DNA from: Gammaproteobacteria bacterium
GTDB taxonomy: Bacteria > Pseudomonadota > Gammaproteobacteria > Pseudomonadales > Pseudohongiellaceae
Reading direction: 5' to 3'
DNA length: 64,000 nt
Assembly: GCA_030427065.1 (NCBI GenBank)
Contig: JAUHWU010000001.1
Location: forward strand, 57,283-121,282
Notes under the pieces: model-generated
Seen by the model: the letters and a program-made list of their open reading frames with translations, nothing else
What the model was told of the DNA's origin: nothing
Databases searched by the model: none
Made by a program: the position numbers and the translations under genes
In this document: piece by piece, positions 51,960 through 61,641 of the stretch
Numbering within the stretch: the stretch's first letter is position 1
Layout of the letters: the number at the start of each line of letters is the position of its first letter

Positions 51960-53180
51960 TCAGTCCGGTTTGATTCTTTTCTTGCGCGCAGAGGCATGGC
52001 GTTCGTTAAGCTGGACATCAATGTAACGATCGGTAATAGCGCTGGAACCATGACCTGCGTCATCGCGCACATGTTCCCTGGGCCGATGTTTCACATCTTC
52101 CGAAATACCGGTATGACGCAGCCAATGCACAGTGGCAGCGCCAAGGGCTTGAGCTTCCTCAGTAAAACCATCCTTGCGTAAACTGTTTTCTGCGCCATCA
52201 AAGCAGGCCTGCACAATGCCACGAATCTGGCGGGTACTGGTGATGCCGCCCTGACCGCGTGCTTTGTGAATCAATGGCGTATATTCACCTGGTGAGGGCA
52301 ACTCAGGCAGGCCTCTGGCCTGTCGATAACGTTTCAGTGCCTCCAGCATGGAGTCGCTGACCGATATCTGGCGCTCCTTATTGCCTTTACCCACGGTTCT
52401 GAACCACCAGTTTCCCTCCAGATCGCGCTCAAAATCGCCCATTTTCGGGGTCCAGCGGTCGGTTTCAACCAGTTCAGATATTCTCAGGTACATACCAAAA
52501 AGCGCATTCATGATAAACAGCGTGCGTTCATGGATAGTGTCTTGTTCAGCCATTTTTTCTGCCGTTTCCAGCACGTAACTCCACTGTAACTGGGACAGTC
52601 GCCGAATAGCCTTGGCGGACTGGGTTTTTCTCAGGAACTTGCCTTTCTGACGAATTTGAGAGACCGGATTGAATTCAAGATATTCCTCTTGAATCATGAA
52701 GTTACAGAAACTACTTAAGACGCCAAAAATACTCTGGATGGCGCTTTGGGAAAGGAAATAGGGGGCTTCTCCAGGGCTTTTCGGGTGCGCGACGTAGGGT
52801 CTCCAGTCAGGGTTGGGCACCCTTTCTCCACCCTTAAGTTCATATCTGGAGACATTTTTTTCACCAATCCATGTTTTCGGTGGCTTACTGGCAAACTCTA
52901 TATAGCTCTCTATATCCTCACGCCTGATGGTTTTCAGTGATTTTCTGGCGATCAGCCAGCACCAGTGCAGGAAATGTTCAATTTCACGGCGATACGTAGA
53001 GAAAGTATCCGGGCTGCCACGATAGGAATAGAGAAACTCACTGGCAAGCTGGTAATCCTCGGTAGCATTTTCAGGTTCATCCTCAAGCAGGTGCTTTACC
53101 GTGGAGATACGATGCTTGTAAGGATTCGCCATTTCTTCCAGAGTATCGAAAAACGGAACTGGTGGCCTGACAGATGACAT
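51960..53180 (-). CDS. Tyrosine recombinase / phage-integrase-family site-specific recombinase; orphan
   Basis: N-terminal SAM-like core-binding region (TFSTYRREIEHFLHWCW). Catalytic domain with LRISEL (Arg I), HWLRHTG (H-x-x-R) and HGSSAITDRYI (His/Tyr). Confidence 0.8.
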   Translation of the reverse strand: MSSVRPPVPFFDTLEEMANPYKHRISTVKHLLEDEPENATEDYQLASEFLYSYRGSPDTFSTYRREIEHFLHWCWLIARKSLKTIRREDIESYIEFASKPPKTWIGEKNVSRYELKGGERVPNPDWRPYVAHPKSPGEAPYFLSQSAIQSIFGVLSSFCNFMIQEEYLEFNPVSQIRQKGKFLRKTQSAKAIRRLSQLQWSYVLETAEKMAEQDTIHERTLFIMNALFGMYLRISELVETDRWTPKMGDFERDLEGNWWFRTVGKGNKERQISVSDSMLEALKRYRQARGLPELPSPGEYTPLIHKARGQGGITSTRQIRGIVQACFDGAENSLRKDGFTEEAQALGAATVHWLRHTGISEDVKHRPREHVRDDAGHGSSAITDRYIDVQLNERHASARKKRIKPD

Positions 53181-53326
53181 TGGGCGCTGACTATCCTTGG
53201 TTGATTATTTTTCCTGAAAGCAGGCTCTGGATTGGCAAAATCAAATATAGAATAAACTTTATATAATTTATGTAACTAACTGTATATAAAAATTAAAGCA
53301 ATATAAATATTTCTATATCTTTCATT

Positions 53327-53364
53327 CCACTATTTCCGGTAATAAAGATTACCGGAAATAGTGG
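53327..53364. repeat. Perfect 17-bp-arm palindrome CCACTATTTCCGGTAAT-AAAG-ATTACCGGAAATAGTGG
   Basis: Arms 53327-53343 and 53348-53364 are exact reverse complements. It lies between the gor stop (53466) and the recombinase start (53180), with no adjacent U-tract on either strand. Confidence 0.9.
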
Positions 53365-53465
53365 AGCAGGTCCAGAGATCCCTTTTATCACTGTATACGT
53401 AAAATGCAGACCTGCAATAAAAGCCTTTATGAATTAATGACAGCTTGTCAGGATGCTTTGAACCG

Positions 53466-54812
53466 TCAGGCTCTTGGCTGGCGCATTGTGACAAATTCTT
53501 CTGCTGCCGTTGGATGTATACCAATGGTACTGTCCAATTGTGCTTTTGTTACACCACATTGCATTGCTACAGCCAGACCCTGGATGATTTCACCGGCATC
53601 GGCGCCCATCATATGCATGCCAAGCACCTTGTCTGTGGCCTTGTCGACAATCAGTTTCATATAGGTTCGCTCGGGATTACCGGACAAGGTGTGTTTGAGA
53701 TGGCGAAAATCACTTTCATAAACCTCAATTTCGCCATACCTGGCTTTTGCCTGTTCTTCGCTTAACCCTACAGTACCCACGTTCGGATGACTGAATACCG
53801 CGGTGGCAATATTATTGTAATCCATTGTTTTATTTGTATTTTTAAACAAATTTGACGACAGAACCATGCCTTCGGCGATGGCCACCGGTGTCAGGGCGAT
53901 TCTGCCCACAACATCCCCCAGCGCAAAGATTCCCGGTTCTGTGGTCTCAAATTGATCATTTATCGCAATCGCACCACTGGGTTCAAGAGATACCCTGGTA
54001 TTTTCCAGCCCAAGGTTCTCTGTGTTCGGTTTACGCCCTGTGGCATACAGCACGCAATCTACAGAAAGTGTATTTCCTTCTTTAAATATAACCTTTAACT
54101 CATTGTCTTTTCTAACTATTTCTTGAACATTGCTGTTCATCAGCATATTGATATGGCGCTGACTTTCAAGAAACAGCTTTTCACTTAAATCCTTGTCAAA
54201 GTGCTTCAGGGGAATGTCTCCCCGATAGGACAAGGTGGTAACAGAGCCCAAGCCGGCAAATATGCCGGCAAATTCAAGGGCTATATAGCCTCCGCCGACT
54301 ACCAGAATACGTTCGGGAAAAGTTGGCAGATCGAAAATTTCGTTGGAGGTGACAGCCAGTTCGCTACCGGGAAATTCCGGAACAAATGGCCAGCCACCTG
54401 TGGCAATGAGTATTTTTTCACTGGTAACCTTTTTGTCGCCAATGGCCACCGTATGCTTATCAAGTAGCCTGGCGCGTCCGTTATATAAAGTAACGCCCGA
54501 ACCATCCAGTAATTTGTCGTAAATTCCGTTTAATCGACTAATTTCTGCCGTCTTGTTATCCCGGAGAACATTCCAGTCAAATGCTGGAAGATTTCCCTGC
54601 CAGCCAAAGCCTTTGCTGTCACTGCAGTCATAGCGAAAATGGGCCGCATAGGAATACAGTTTCTTGGGGACGCAGCCTACATTGACACAGGTGCCGCCCA
54701 TATAGCGATCTTCAGCAATTGCCACGCGTGCACCATAGCTGGCAGACATGCGGGCCGTTCTGACGCCCCCGGAACCGGCGCCAATTACAAACAAATCAAA
54801 ATCAAACATCAA
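53466..54812 (-). CDS. gor: Glutathione-disulfide reductase
   Basis: GAGSGG FAD motif, redox-active GGTCVNVGCVPKK, C-terminal GIHPTAAEEFVTM. Confidence 0.88.
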   Translation of the reverse strand: MMFDFDLFVIGAGSGGVRTARMSASYGARVAIAEDRYMGGTCVNVGCVPKKLYSYAAHFRYDCSDSKGFGWQGNLPAFDWNVLRDNKTAEISRLNGIYDKLLDGSGVTLYNGRARLLDKHTVAIGDKKVTSEKILIATGGWPFVPEFPGSELAVTSNEIFDLPTFPERILVVGGGYIALEFAGIFAGLGSVTTLSYRGDIPLKHFDKDLSEKLFLESQRHINMLMNSNVQEIVRKDNELKVIFKEGNTLSVDCVLYATGRKPNTENLGLENTRVSLEPSGAIAINDQFETTEPGIFALGDVVGRIALTPVAIAEGMVLSSNLFKNTNKTMDYNNIATAVFSHPNVGTVGLSEEQAKARYGEIEVYESDFRHLKHTLSGNPERTYMKLIVDKATDKVLGMHMMGADAGEIIQGLAVAMQCGVTKAQLDSTIGIHPTAAEEFVTMRQPRA

Positions 54813-55012
54813 AACCCCTTATTTTATGTACATCACAGCTCACTTTGCAGCGCGTAAGGCTAACCTTAATTAAGGGTAATTCCCATAGTACTGTGGCTAA
54901 AAATATACCTATTTGTTATGGAAAGGTTTAATATTGAAAAGCGGTCATTTTTTATACACTTTAACCACTATCTAGTGAAATATGTTGGTGAATATCAGAA
55001 AGGGATAGAACA

Positions 55013-55402
55013 ATGTCTGATTACAAAGATGATAACCAGGAAGTTTTGAAGGAAATGATGCCGGGTAGTGCCAATCAGCAAACTGATTTAAGACCTTCTC
55101 CGGCATTAATAGAAAAGTTCGTTATCCGCTTACCCATGGGACTGCGTAAGAAAATCAAGCATCTATCTGAACAGAACCGTCGTAGTATGAATTCCGAGAT
55201 CATCATGGTACTGGAGCAGCATATCCAGCAACACCTGATGGATCATACTGAGTTTACGGAAAGCGCCGGAGTCTCTGAGGCCAGTGGCGATGCTGACAAA
55301 GACGCTTATGGTTTGGAGAAACCCACCCAAAGTGAGTTGACGAAAAGGCTTGAAAATCTGCCTGAAGAAAAGAAACTGGCTTTACTTGAGCTGTTAGGCT
55401 AA
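55013..55402 (+). CDS. Arc-family ribbon-helix-helix DNA-binding protein, AmrZ/AlgZ-like
   Basis: [38 protein letters not shown] parallels Pseudomonas AmrZ [38 protein letters not shown]. Confidence 0.75.
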   Translation: [129 protein letters not shown]

Positions 55403-55586
55403 TTCCCCTGAAGCAGAAAGATTTACACAACCCTAGCTGATACATCTGGCACAGGCGGAACGCTAACAGCATCCCTGTCGTTCTTAATGCTTGTAGAGAT
55501 GACCAGTTCCGTGAAGGCAACATCATTGCCAGCTTCGCAGGACGGCTATACAGAGATTACTAACATTTTATTGGCAACTACTTTTT

Positions 55587-56219
55587 ATGCAGAGCTTGCA
55601 ACTTTCTCTTGAATCCGGAAATTCACATGAGGTGATGGAAAAGTTGTCCTTGCCGGATGCTGAAATCTTCATAATGCCGAAATTTCTGTCCTCCACTTGC
55701 GCTGATCAGCATTTCGATTCGCTACTTACACAAACACCCTGGCAACAGGATACTCTGAATTTTGGCGGTAAAGTCGTCCCTATTCCACGTCTGCAAGCCT
55801 GGTATGGCGATAAAAATTGTCATTATGGCTACTCTGGCCTGGCACTGAGCCCCCTGCCCTGGACCCCTTTATTGCAAGAATTGAAAAGCGCTATAGAACA
55901 ATGCAGTAATGCCGAATTTAACTCTGTTCTGCTTAATTATTACCGCCATGGCCAGGATAGCGTAGCATGGCACAGCGACGATGAAAAAGAGCTTGGCAAC
56001 GAGCCTGTGATTGCATCTCTTAGCCTGGGAGTAACGCGGCGTTTTGAGCTTAAACACCGATCTCGAAAAGGCATTAAATCATTCTGTGAACTTTCACATG
56101 GCAGTCTGATCGTGATGGGGAAAGGCGTTCAGCAAAACTGGTTGCATCAGGTGCCCAAGCAACCCGAAATTCAAAGCAGTCGAATTAATCTTACTTTTCG
56201 CAAAATTATCACGCCCTGA
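55587..56219 (+). CDS. Alpha-ketoglutarate/Fe(II)-dependent dioxygenase, AlkB-like
   Basis: WHSDDE (HxD), ASLSLGVTRRFELKH, NWLHQVP, RINLTFR. Confidence 0.8.
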   Translation: MQSLQLSLESGNSHEVMEKLSLPDAEIFIMPKFLSSTCADQHFDSLLTQTPWQQDTLNFGGKVVPIPRLQAWYGDKNCHYGYSGLALSPLPWTPLLQELKSAIEQCSNAEFNSVLLNYYRHGQDSVAWHSDDEKELGNEPVIASLSLGVTRRFELKHRSRKGIKSFCELSHGSLIVMGKGVQQNWLHQVPKQPEIQSSRINLTFRKIITP

Positions 56220-56420
56220 TATCGGATAGGTGAGAGCAAATGTCACTCACACAGGTCATCATTTTTTTGATAAGATTTCCCTTCACGGGCAAGCCTGATG
56301 ATTAACGCTCATTTCAAACCAGGAAATTCAATCTAAGCCCTTAACGCCTTGCTATCCTTACCCCGACTTTTTTAACCTCTAGCTACTTTTAACCTATAAC
56401 CTTTTTTAACGGAAAACACA

Positions 56421-58097
56421 GTGAAACGCTTCCTACTCCTGCTCTCATTATTCATCTTTCCAGTCTCTTTTGCTTTAGCCGAATATCAGCGCGCCACTCA
56501 GGGCATGGTGTCATCACGATCAGATATTGCCTCTGAAGTCGGCAAGGAAATACTGGCGCTGGGGGGCAATGCCATAGACGCTGCTGTCGCAACCGGATTT
56601 GCCCTCTCTGTCACCTATCCCTCTGCCGGCAACCTGGGTGGAGGCGGATTTATGGTGATCTCGCTGGCAAATGGTGAAGTGCTGACCCTGGATTATCGCG
56701 AAAAAGCGCCTGCTACTGCCCATCGGGATATGTTTCTGGATGACAAGGGGGATGTGGACAGGGAACTTGCATTAAACAGTCATCAGTCGGCAGGCGTTCC
56801 AGGATCTGTGGCTGGACTACTTGAAGCACTGGATAAATATGGAAGCCTGAACCGTGAACAGGTACTGGCCCCTGCCATTCGACTTGCCGAAGAAGGCTTT
56901 ATTCTCAACCAGGAAATTGCCGGGCAATTCAGGGGACACTTCAACAGCTTTAGAAATTACCCCGCTTCACTGGCAAAATTCTCAGCCAATGGATCACCAC
57001 TGAACGCCGGTGCCCTGTGGCGTCAACCAGACCTGGCCAGAACCTTGTCAGCTATTTCTGATAAAGGCCGTGACGGTTTTTATAAAGGCTCGGTAGCCGA
57101 TTTAATTGTGGCAGATATGCAAGCCAATAATGGCTTGATCAGCCATGAAGATCTGATCAACTATCAACCGGTCTGGCGTGCCCCTGTTCATGGCAGTTAT
57201 CGCGGTTATGATGTCTGGTCAATGCCGGCCCCCTCATCAGGAGGTGTCCTGCTGGTACAGATGCTGAATATGCTTGAGCCCTATAATATTGAAAAACTGG
57301 GCTGGGGTAGCACCGAAACCGTCCACCTGATGATCGAAGCCCAGCGCAGGGCTTATGCGGATCGAGCCGAGCATCTCGGGGACCCGGACTACGTTGAGGT
57401 TCCTTCCTCCATGCTGACATCCAAAGACTATGCCCGCCAGCGCTTTGCCAATTTTGATCCGCAGGTTGCCGGAGACAGTGCCAAGATAACTGCCGGGAAC
57501 TGGGGGGAAGAAAGCCCGCAAACGACCCATTATTCTGTAGCAGATGATGAAGGTAATGCAGTATCAGTAACAACGACACTCAACCGGTCTTATGGCAATC
57601 ACATCGTCGTACCGGGCGCAGGATTTTTGTTAAACAATGAAATGGATGATTTCTCCAGCAAGCCCAATTCACCAAATTCCTATGGCCTGATTGGCCGCAC
57701 TGCCAATGAAATTCAGCCGGGTAAACGTATGCTCAGCTCGATGTCGCCCACCATCATTACCCGGGATGGCAAACCAGTGCTACTGACAGGCTCCCCTGGC
57801 GGATCGACTATTATCAATACTGTGTTACAGGTAGTAATGAATGTCATTGACCACCACATGTCACTGGAAGATGCCGTTACCAGTCCGCGCTTTCATCATC
57901 AGTGGATGCCTGATGTTGTGCGCTATGAAATCGGTGCCATTAGTGACGAAGTTGCAGCAGAACTTGAAGCCATGGGACATCAGGGATTAAATGGATCGCG
58001 TCGCACCATCGGAGAAGCCAACTCGGTAATGTTTGAAAATGGCTTTATTGATGGTGTATCAGACCCAAGGATTGTTGGCGGTGTGGCCGGTTTCTGA
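56421..58097 (+). CDS. ggt: Gamma-glutamyltransferase
   Basis: Signal peptide, PSAGNLGGGGFM, autoprocessing-site context QTTHYSV, GSPGGSTII. GTG start. Confidence 0.92.
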   Translation: MKRFLLLLSLFIFPVSFALAEYQRATQGMVSSRSDIASEVGKEILALGGNAIDAAVATGFALSVTYPSAGNLGGGGFMVISLANGEVLTLDYREKAPATAHRDMFLDDKGDVDRELALNSHQSAGVPGSVAGLLEALDKYGSLNREQVLAPAIRLAEEGFILNQEIAGQFRGHFNSFRNYPASLAKFSANGSPLNAGALWRQPDLARTLSAISDKGRDGFYKGSVADLIVADMQANNGLISHEDLINYQPVWRAPVHGSYRGYDVWSMPAPSSGGVLLVQMLNMLEPYNIEKLGWGSTETVHLMIEAQRRAYADRAEHLGDPDYVEVPSSMLTSKDYARQRFANFDPQVAGDSAKITAGNWGEESPQTTHYSVADDEGNAVSVTTTLNRSYGNHIVVPGAGFLLNNEMDDFSSKPNSPNSYGLIGRTANEIQPGKRMLSSMSPTIITRDGKPVLLTGSPGGSTIINTVLQVVMNVIDHHMSLEDAVTSPRFHHQWMPDVVRYEIGAISDEVAAELEAMGHQGLNGSRRTIGEANSVMFENGFIDGVSDPRIVGGVAGF

Positions 58098-58143
58098 GTG
58101 TTGAGCTCAACCATTTATATCTTCCTTTACTGTTCCTGACTGC

Positions 58144-59271
58144 ATGTCAGATCTGGATCATCAGGATATATGTATCGTGGGTGCCGGTGTCGTGGGCCTG
58201 GCAATCGCCGAAAAAATATCAACTCACCCAGTCCTGCACAAACAATCTGTAGTATTGCTTGAAAAAAACCGGCAATTTGGCCAGGAAACCAGCAGTCGCA
58301 ACAGTGAGGTCATTCATGCCGGTATATATTATCGCAGCGGATCTCTGAAAGCCCTGTTGTGTGTAGAGGGACGTCAGCAGCTCTATCACTATTGCAAGGC
58401 CAATAATGTGCCCTTTCTTAATACCGGGAAATTAATTATTGGCGGGCAAAATCAGGAAGCCGCGCTGAACTCACTCTATGAGCAAGCCATAGCCAATGGT
58501 GTGAATGATCTACAGCCGTTGACAAGGACAGACATTAATTCCCTGGAACCAGAAATCGATGCCTGCATTGGCCTGCTTTCGCCTTCAAGCGGAATTATAG
58601 ACAGTCATGCTTTTATGCAATCGCTGTTACATCATGCTGAAAATGCCGGCGTTTTGTTTGCTCCACTAACACAGCTGATGTGCGTTGAAAGATGCGCTAA
58701 AGGTTTTCTGTTGACCTGCAAGAGCCAGGACATGAATTATCGTTTTACCTGTAGCCAACTGGTCAATGCTGCCGGTTTGTCTGCTCAAACTGTTGCCCAA
58801 GGTATTATGGATTTTCCCTTGCAGGGAATACCACAACAGGAACTGGTTAAAGGCTCATATTTTTCTTTACAGGGAAAAGCTCCCTTTACTCACCTTATCT
58901 ACCCTCTTCCCGAGCCAAACCTTCGCGGTCTTGGCGTTCATGTCACACTGGATATGTCCGGTCAGGTAAAGTTTGGCCCGGATACCGAAGAGGTCTGCGG
59001 GCTCGACTATTCTGTTGATCCGAAAAAGGAACCCATTTTCAGGAAAACTATCGCACATTACTATCCGGGCCTTGGCAATAAAAACCTGCTACCGGCATAC
59101 ACTGGTATCCGGCCAAAACTGAAAACTGATGACGGTGTTGCAGACTTTGTTATTCAGGATGGATCAAGTTTCGGTTACGAAGGGCTTATACAATTATTTG
59201 GTATTGAGTCGCCTGGATTGACAGCAAGCTTGGCGATTGCCGATACAGTGACTGACCTGCTTTGTCATTAA
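58144..59271 (+). CDS. FAD-dependent oxidoreductase, L-2-hydroxyglutarate oxidase-like (COG0579-type)
   Basis: IVGAGVVGLAIA dinucleotide fold and SSRNSEVIHAGIYY..GSLKA, similar to LhgO-family proteins. Confidence 0.7.
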   Translation: MSDLDHQDICIVGAGVVGLAIAEKISTHPVLHKQSVVLLEKNRQFGQETSSRNSEVIHAGIYYRSGSLKALLCVEGRQQLYHYCKANNVPFLNTGKLIIGGQNQEAALNSLYEQAIANGVNDLQPLTRTDINSLEPEIDACIGLLSPSSGIIDSHAFMQSLLHHAENAGVLFAPLTQLMCVERCAKGFLLTCKSQDMNYRFTCSQLVNAAGLSAQTVAQGIMDFPLQGIPQQELVKGSYFSLQGKAPFTHLIYPLPEPNLRGLGVHVTLDMSGQVKFGPDTEEVCGLDYSVDPKKEPIFRKTIAHYYPGLGNKNLLPAYTGIRPKLKTDDGVADFVIQDGSSFGYEGLIQLFGIESPGLTASLAIADTVTDLLCH

Positions 59272-59372
59272 TACGGCCTGTTCTGTCTGGTATCACATGA
59301 GTTGAACTGTTTTGTCATTTTCTCCCGCCTGTAAATAACTGCATTACTGGCTCATTTCATTTCCAGACACGC

Positions 59373-59822
59373 TCACATAACAAAATGAAAAGTGTTTTCA
59401 GGTAATTTATCCGCATCCTTTTTTATCTCTGGTAAATAGCGTTCTATCAGTGCTCGCGTCCTGTTTTCGGGATCAATAAACCGCACACCAATACCAGGAC
59501 GTTTGTTTTCCTGGGATTGAAGCGGCGTTATCCATACTACAGCAGCGCATAATGGAATTTTTCTCTTTTCCTCAACAAGCGATAACAGAACAAATACCTG
59601 GTCCCCCAATGCATAGTTCCCAACACCTGGAATGAAGACACCGCCATTTCTGATATAGCGCAGGTAAATCGACTGCAAGATTTCGGCACTGGGTATGGAG
59701 AGAAAAAAAAGATTGGCGTGTTGTTTAGGGGATTGCAATGCCTGTTGATGGTTCTGGTTCTGGTTCTGGCATTGGCTCTGATGCTCATCGTTTGCTGAAA
59801 AAATAATAGTCATCGTAACCAC
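59373..59822 (-). CDS. pilZ: Type IV pilus assembly PilZ-domain protein
   Basis: YIRNGGVFIPG...LGDQVFVLLSL...GIGVRF parallels P. aeruginosa PilZ. holB-pilZ synteny. The N-terminal Q/N-rich extension leaves the start uncertain. Confidence 0.8.
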   Translation of the reverse strand: MVTMTIIFSANDEHQSQCQNQNQNHQQALQSPKQHANLFFLSIPSAEILQSIYLRYIRNGGVFIPGVGNYALGDQVFVLLSLVEEKRKIPLCAAVVWITPLQSQENKRPGIGVRFIDPENRTRALIERYLPEIKKDADKLPENTFHFVM

Positions 59823-59903
59823 TCTCCTTGTGTTTATTTAATGCTATTTTATTATTGGTTCGACGTATGAACCGCCGTTTCTCCTTTAGCTCATAAAAAA
59901 TAC

Positions 59904-60908
59904 TTACCTGATCGTAGCGGACCAGCTAAAAAACAAGCCTTCAAGTACCAGCAGTCTGTTGGGATTTGAGGTGCTGGCAATGGCGCGGCGTGCCTTCAGT
60001 AATTCCTGATAAAAACCATGAAGCGCTTTCAGTCTAGTACGATCCTGAAAAAAAGTAGACAGATTTTTTAGATCATGATCATGCAGGGTCTGTGCTGCTT
60101 TAATGTCGGATACCTGGTTTCTGGCCAGAATATCGGAAGAACATAGCATCATGGCTTCAATATTATCTTCCAGAGTAAATTGCTCGCACTGCCCTGCTGC
60201 TTCAGAAATATCCATTTCTCCCTGCAGCAGTTTTTCCAGCACGCTATGCAGAACTACTCTGTCATGAAGTGCATCTTCATCCGCATAATGAAGCGCACGC
60301 AAGGGTACATTGCCGGCCATACGTAAAAGCTCAGTGGCCGAGGCGCGAATATTTTTAGATTCCAGCCAGGGGATGACAAGTTCAGGCGCAGGACGATTAA
60401 ATTTCATCAAATGACAACGACTACGAATCGTCGCCATTAACAATGCAGGCTGGTGGGAAACAAGTATCAAGAGGGTGTTGTTTGAAGGTTCTTCAAGTAC
60501 TTTAAGCAACGCGTTGGCACTGTTGACATTAAGCGCTTCGGCCGGCGCAATGATGATAATTTTATAGCCGCCCCGTTGTGAAGTCTGTGAAATAAAATGA
60601 ATGCTGTCTCGCACCTGTTGTATTTTTATCTCACTGGAGTCTTCAGGTTGAATCAGTTTCAGATCAGGGTGTGTGCCAGAAGCCAGTAACTGGCATTCAC
60701 GGCATTCTCCGCAAGGCTGATTATTTTGCGTACTTTTACATAGCAAATAATGGGAAAAATGTTTTGCAAGAACAAGTTTTCCCAGCCCCTGCTGACCACC
60801 AAACAGATAGGCATGAGCAAGCTTTTGGCTTGCTTTCAGCTCAACCAGACGCTCGTAATCGGTCTGCAACCATGGCAACAATTCTGTTGCATGTTCTGCA
60901 TAACTCAT
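59904..60908 (-). CDS. holB: DNA polymerase III subunit delta'
   Basis: AHAYLFGGQQGLGK, zinc-module CGECRECQL, HPDL, TIRSRC. ATGA overlap with tmk. Confidence 0.88.
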   Translation of the reverse strand: MSYAEHATELLPWLQTDYERLVELKASQKLAHAYLFGGQQGLGKLVLAKHFSHYLLCKSTQNNQPCGECRECQLLASGTHPDLKLIQPEDSSEIKIQQVRDSIHFISQTSQRGGYKIIIIAPAEALNVNSANALLKVLEEPSNNTLLILVSHQPALLMATIRSRCHLMKFNRPAPELVIPWLESKNIRASATELLRMAGNVPLRALHYADEDALHDRVVLHSVLEKLLQGEMDISEAAGQCEQFTLEDNIEAMMLCSSDILARNQVSDIKAAQTLHDHDLKNLSTFFQDRTRLKALHGFYQELLKARRAIASTSNPNRLLVLEGLFFSWSATIR

Positions 60909-61558
60909 GAGGGTAATCTCAGCGATAAATTGTAATGGGCATTGACACAGTCGAGAATTTTTTGACTCACATCATCCATAGAACCGGAGGCATCAATCAG
61001 TTTTCTCGATTCCGGCGTCATTTGAGCCAGCTGTCTGAAACCCTGTCTGACGCTGGCCTGGTATTCGATGCCTTTTTGCTCAAAGCGATCTTCGACACCG
61101 CCCCGGGCATCAGCTCGGGAAAGCGAAATCTCAGGATCCAGATCCAGAATAATGGTCAGACCCGGATTAAAATCACCCAGCGTTTCCTGATGAATTCTAT
61201 CAACGACATCTATGCCAAGATTTCCGGCAACGCCCTGGAAAGCTCTTGAGGAATCGGCGAAACGGTCAGAAATTACCCAGGTGCCATTTTTTAATGCGGG
61301 CTTAATGGTATCCATTACATGGGAGCGACGCGCTGCATAGATCAATAATAACTCCGTCATGTCATCCCAGCGATTCGTCTCCCCCTCTACTATCAGCCGC
61401 CTTATTTCCTCTGCGCCTGGAGAGCCTCCTGGTTCACGTGTGAGAATCACATCAAGGCCAGCGTCTTTCATGGCAGCCAGCAGCATGCGGCTTTGTACGC
61501 CTTTTCCTGCGCCATCGACGCCTTCCAGGACAATTAGTTCAGCATTGTGTGATTTCAT
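60905..61558 (-). CDS. tmk: Thymidylate kinase
   Basis: LEGVDGAGK P-loop, TREPGG, DRFADSS. The ATG at 61558 is preferred over the track start at 61573. Confidence 0.9.
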   Translation of the reverse strand: MKSHNAELIVLEGVDGAGKGVQSRMLLAAMKDAGLDVILTREPGGSPGAEEIRRLIVEGETNRWDDMTELLLIYAARRSHVMDTIKPALKNGTWVISDRFADSSRAFQGVAGNLGIDVVDRIHQETLGDFNPGLTIILDLDPEISLSRADARGGVEDRFEQKGIEYQASVRQGFRQLAQMTPESRKLIDASGSMDDVSQKILDCVNAHYNLSLRLPS

Positions 61559-61641
61559 ACGCTTGTCCAGCAAGAAATACGTTCATGAGTGCAATTAGCA
61601 TGTTTTTTGTAATCATTTCAGGCGCTGTACCGCTCCCGGAA

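Noticed and set aside
53221-53330. A dif-like Xer site in the AT-rich spacer next to the tyrosine recombinase (TTTATATAATTTATGTAACTAA).
   Set aside because: It bears only a loose resemblance to the gammaproteobacterial dif consensus (GGTGCGCATAATGTATATTATGTTAAAT). The XerC-arm GGTGCGCATAA is absent.
56368-56410. Three spaced copies of TTTTAAC(C) just upstream of the ggt start codon.
   Set aside because: The motif is short and low-complexity, sits in a T-rich leader and has irregular spacing (about 19 and 15 nt). It is compatible with chance.
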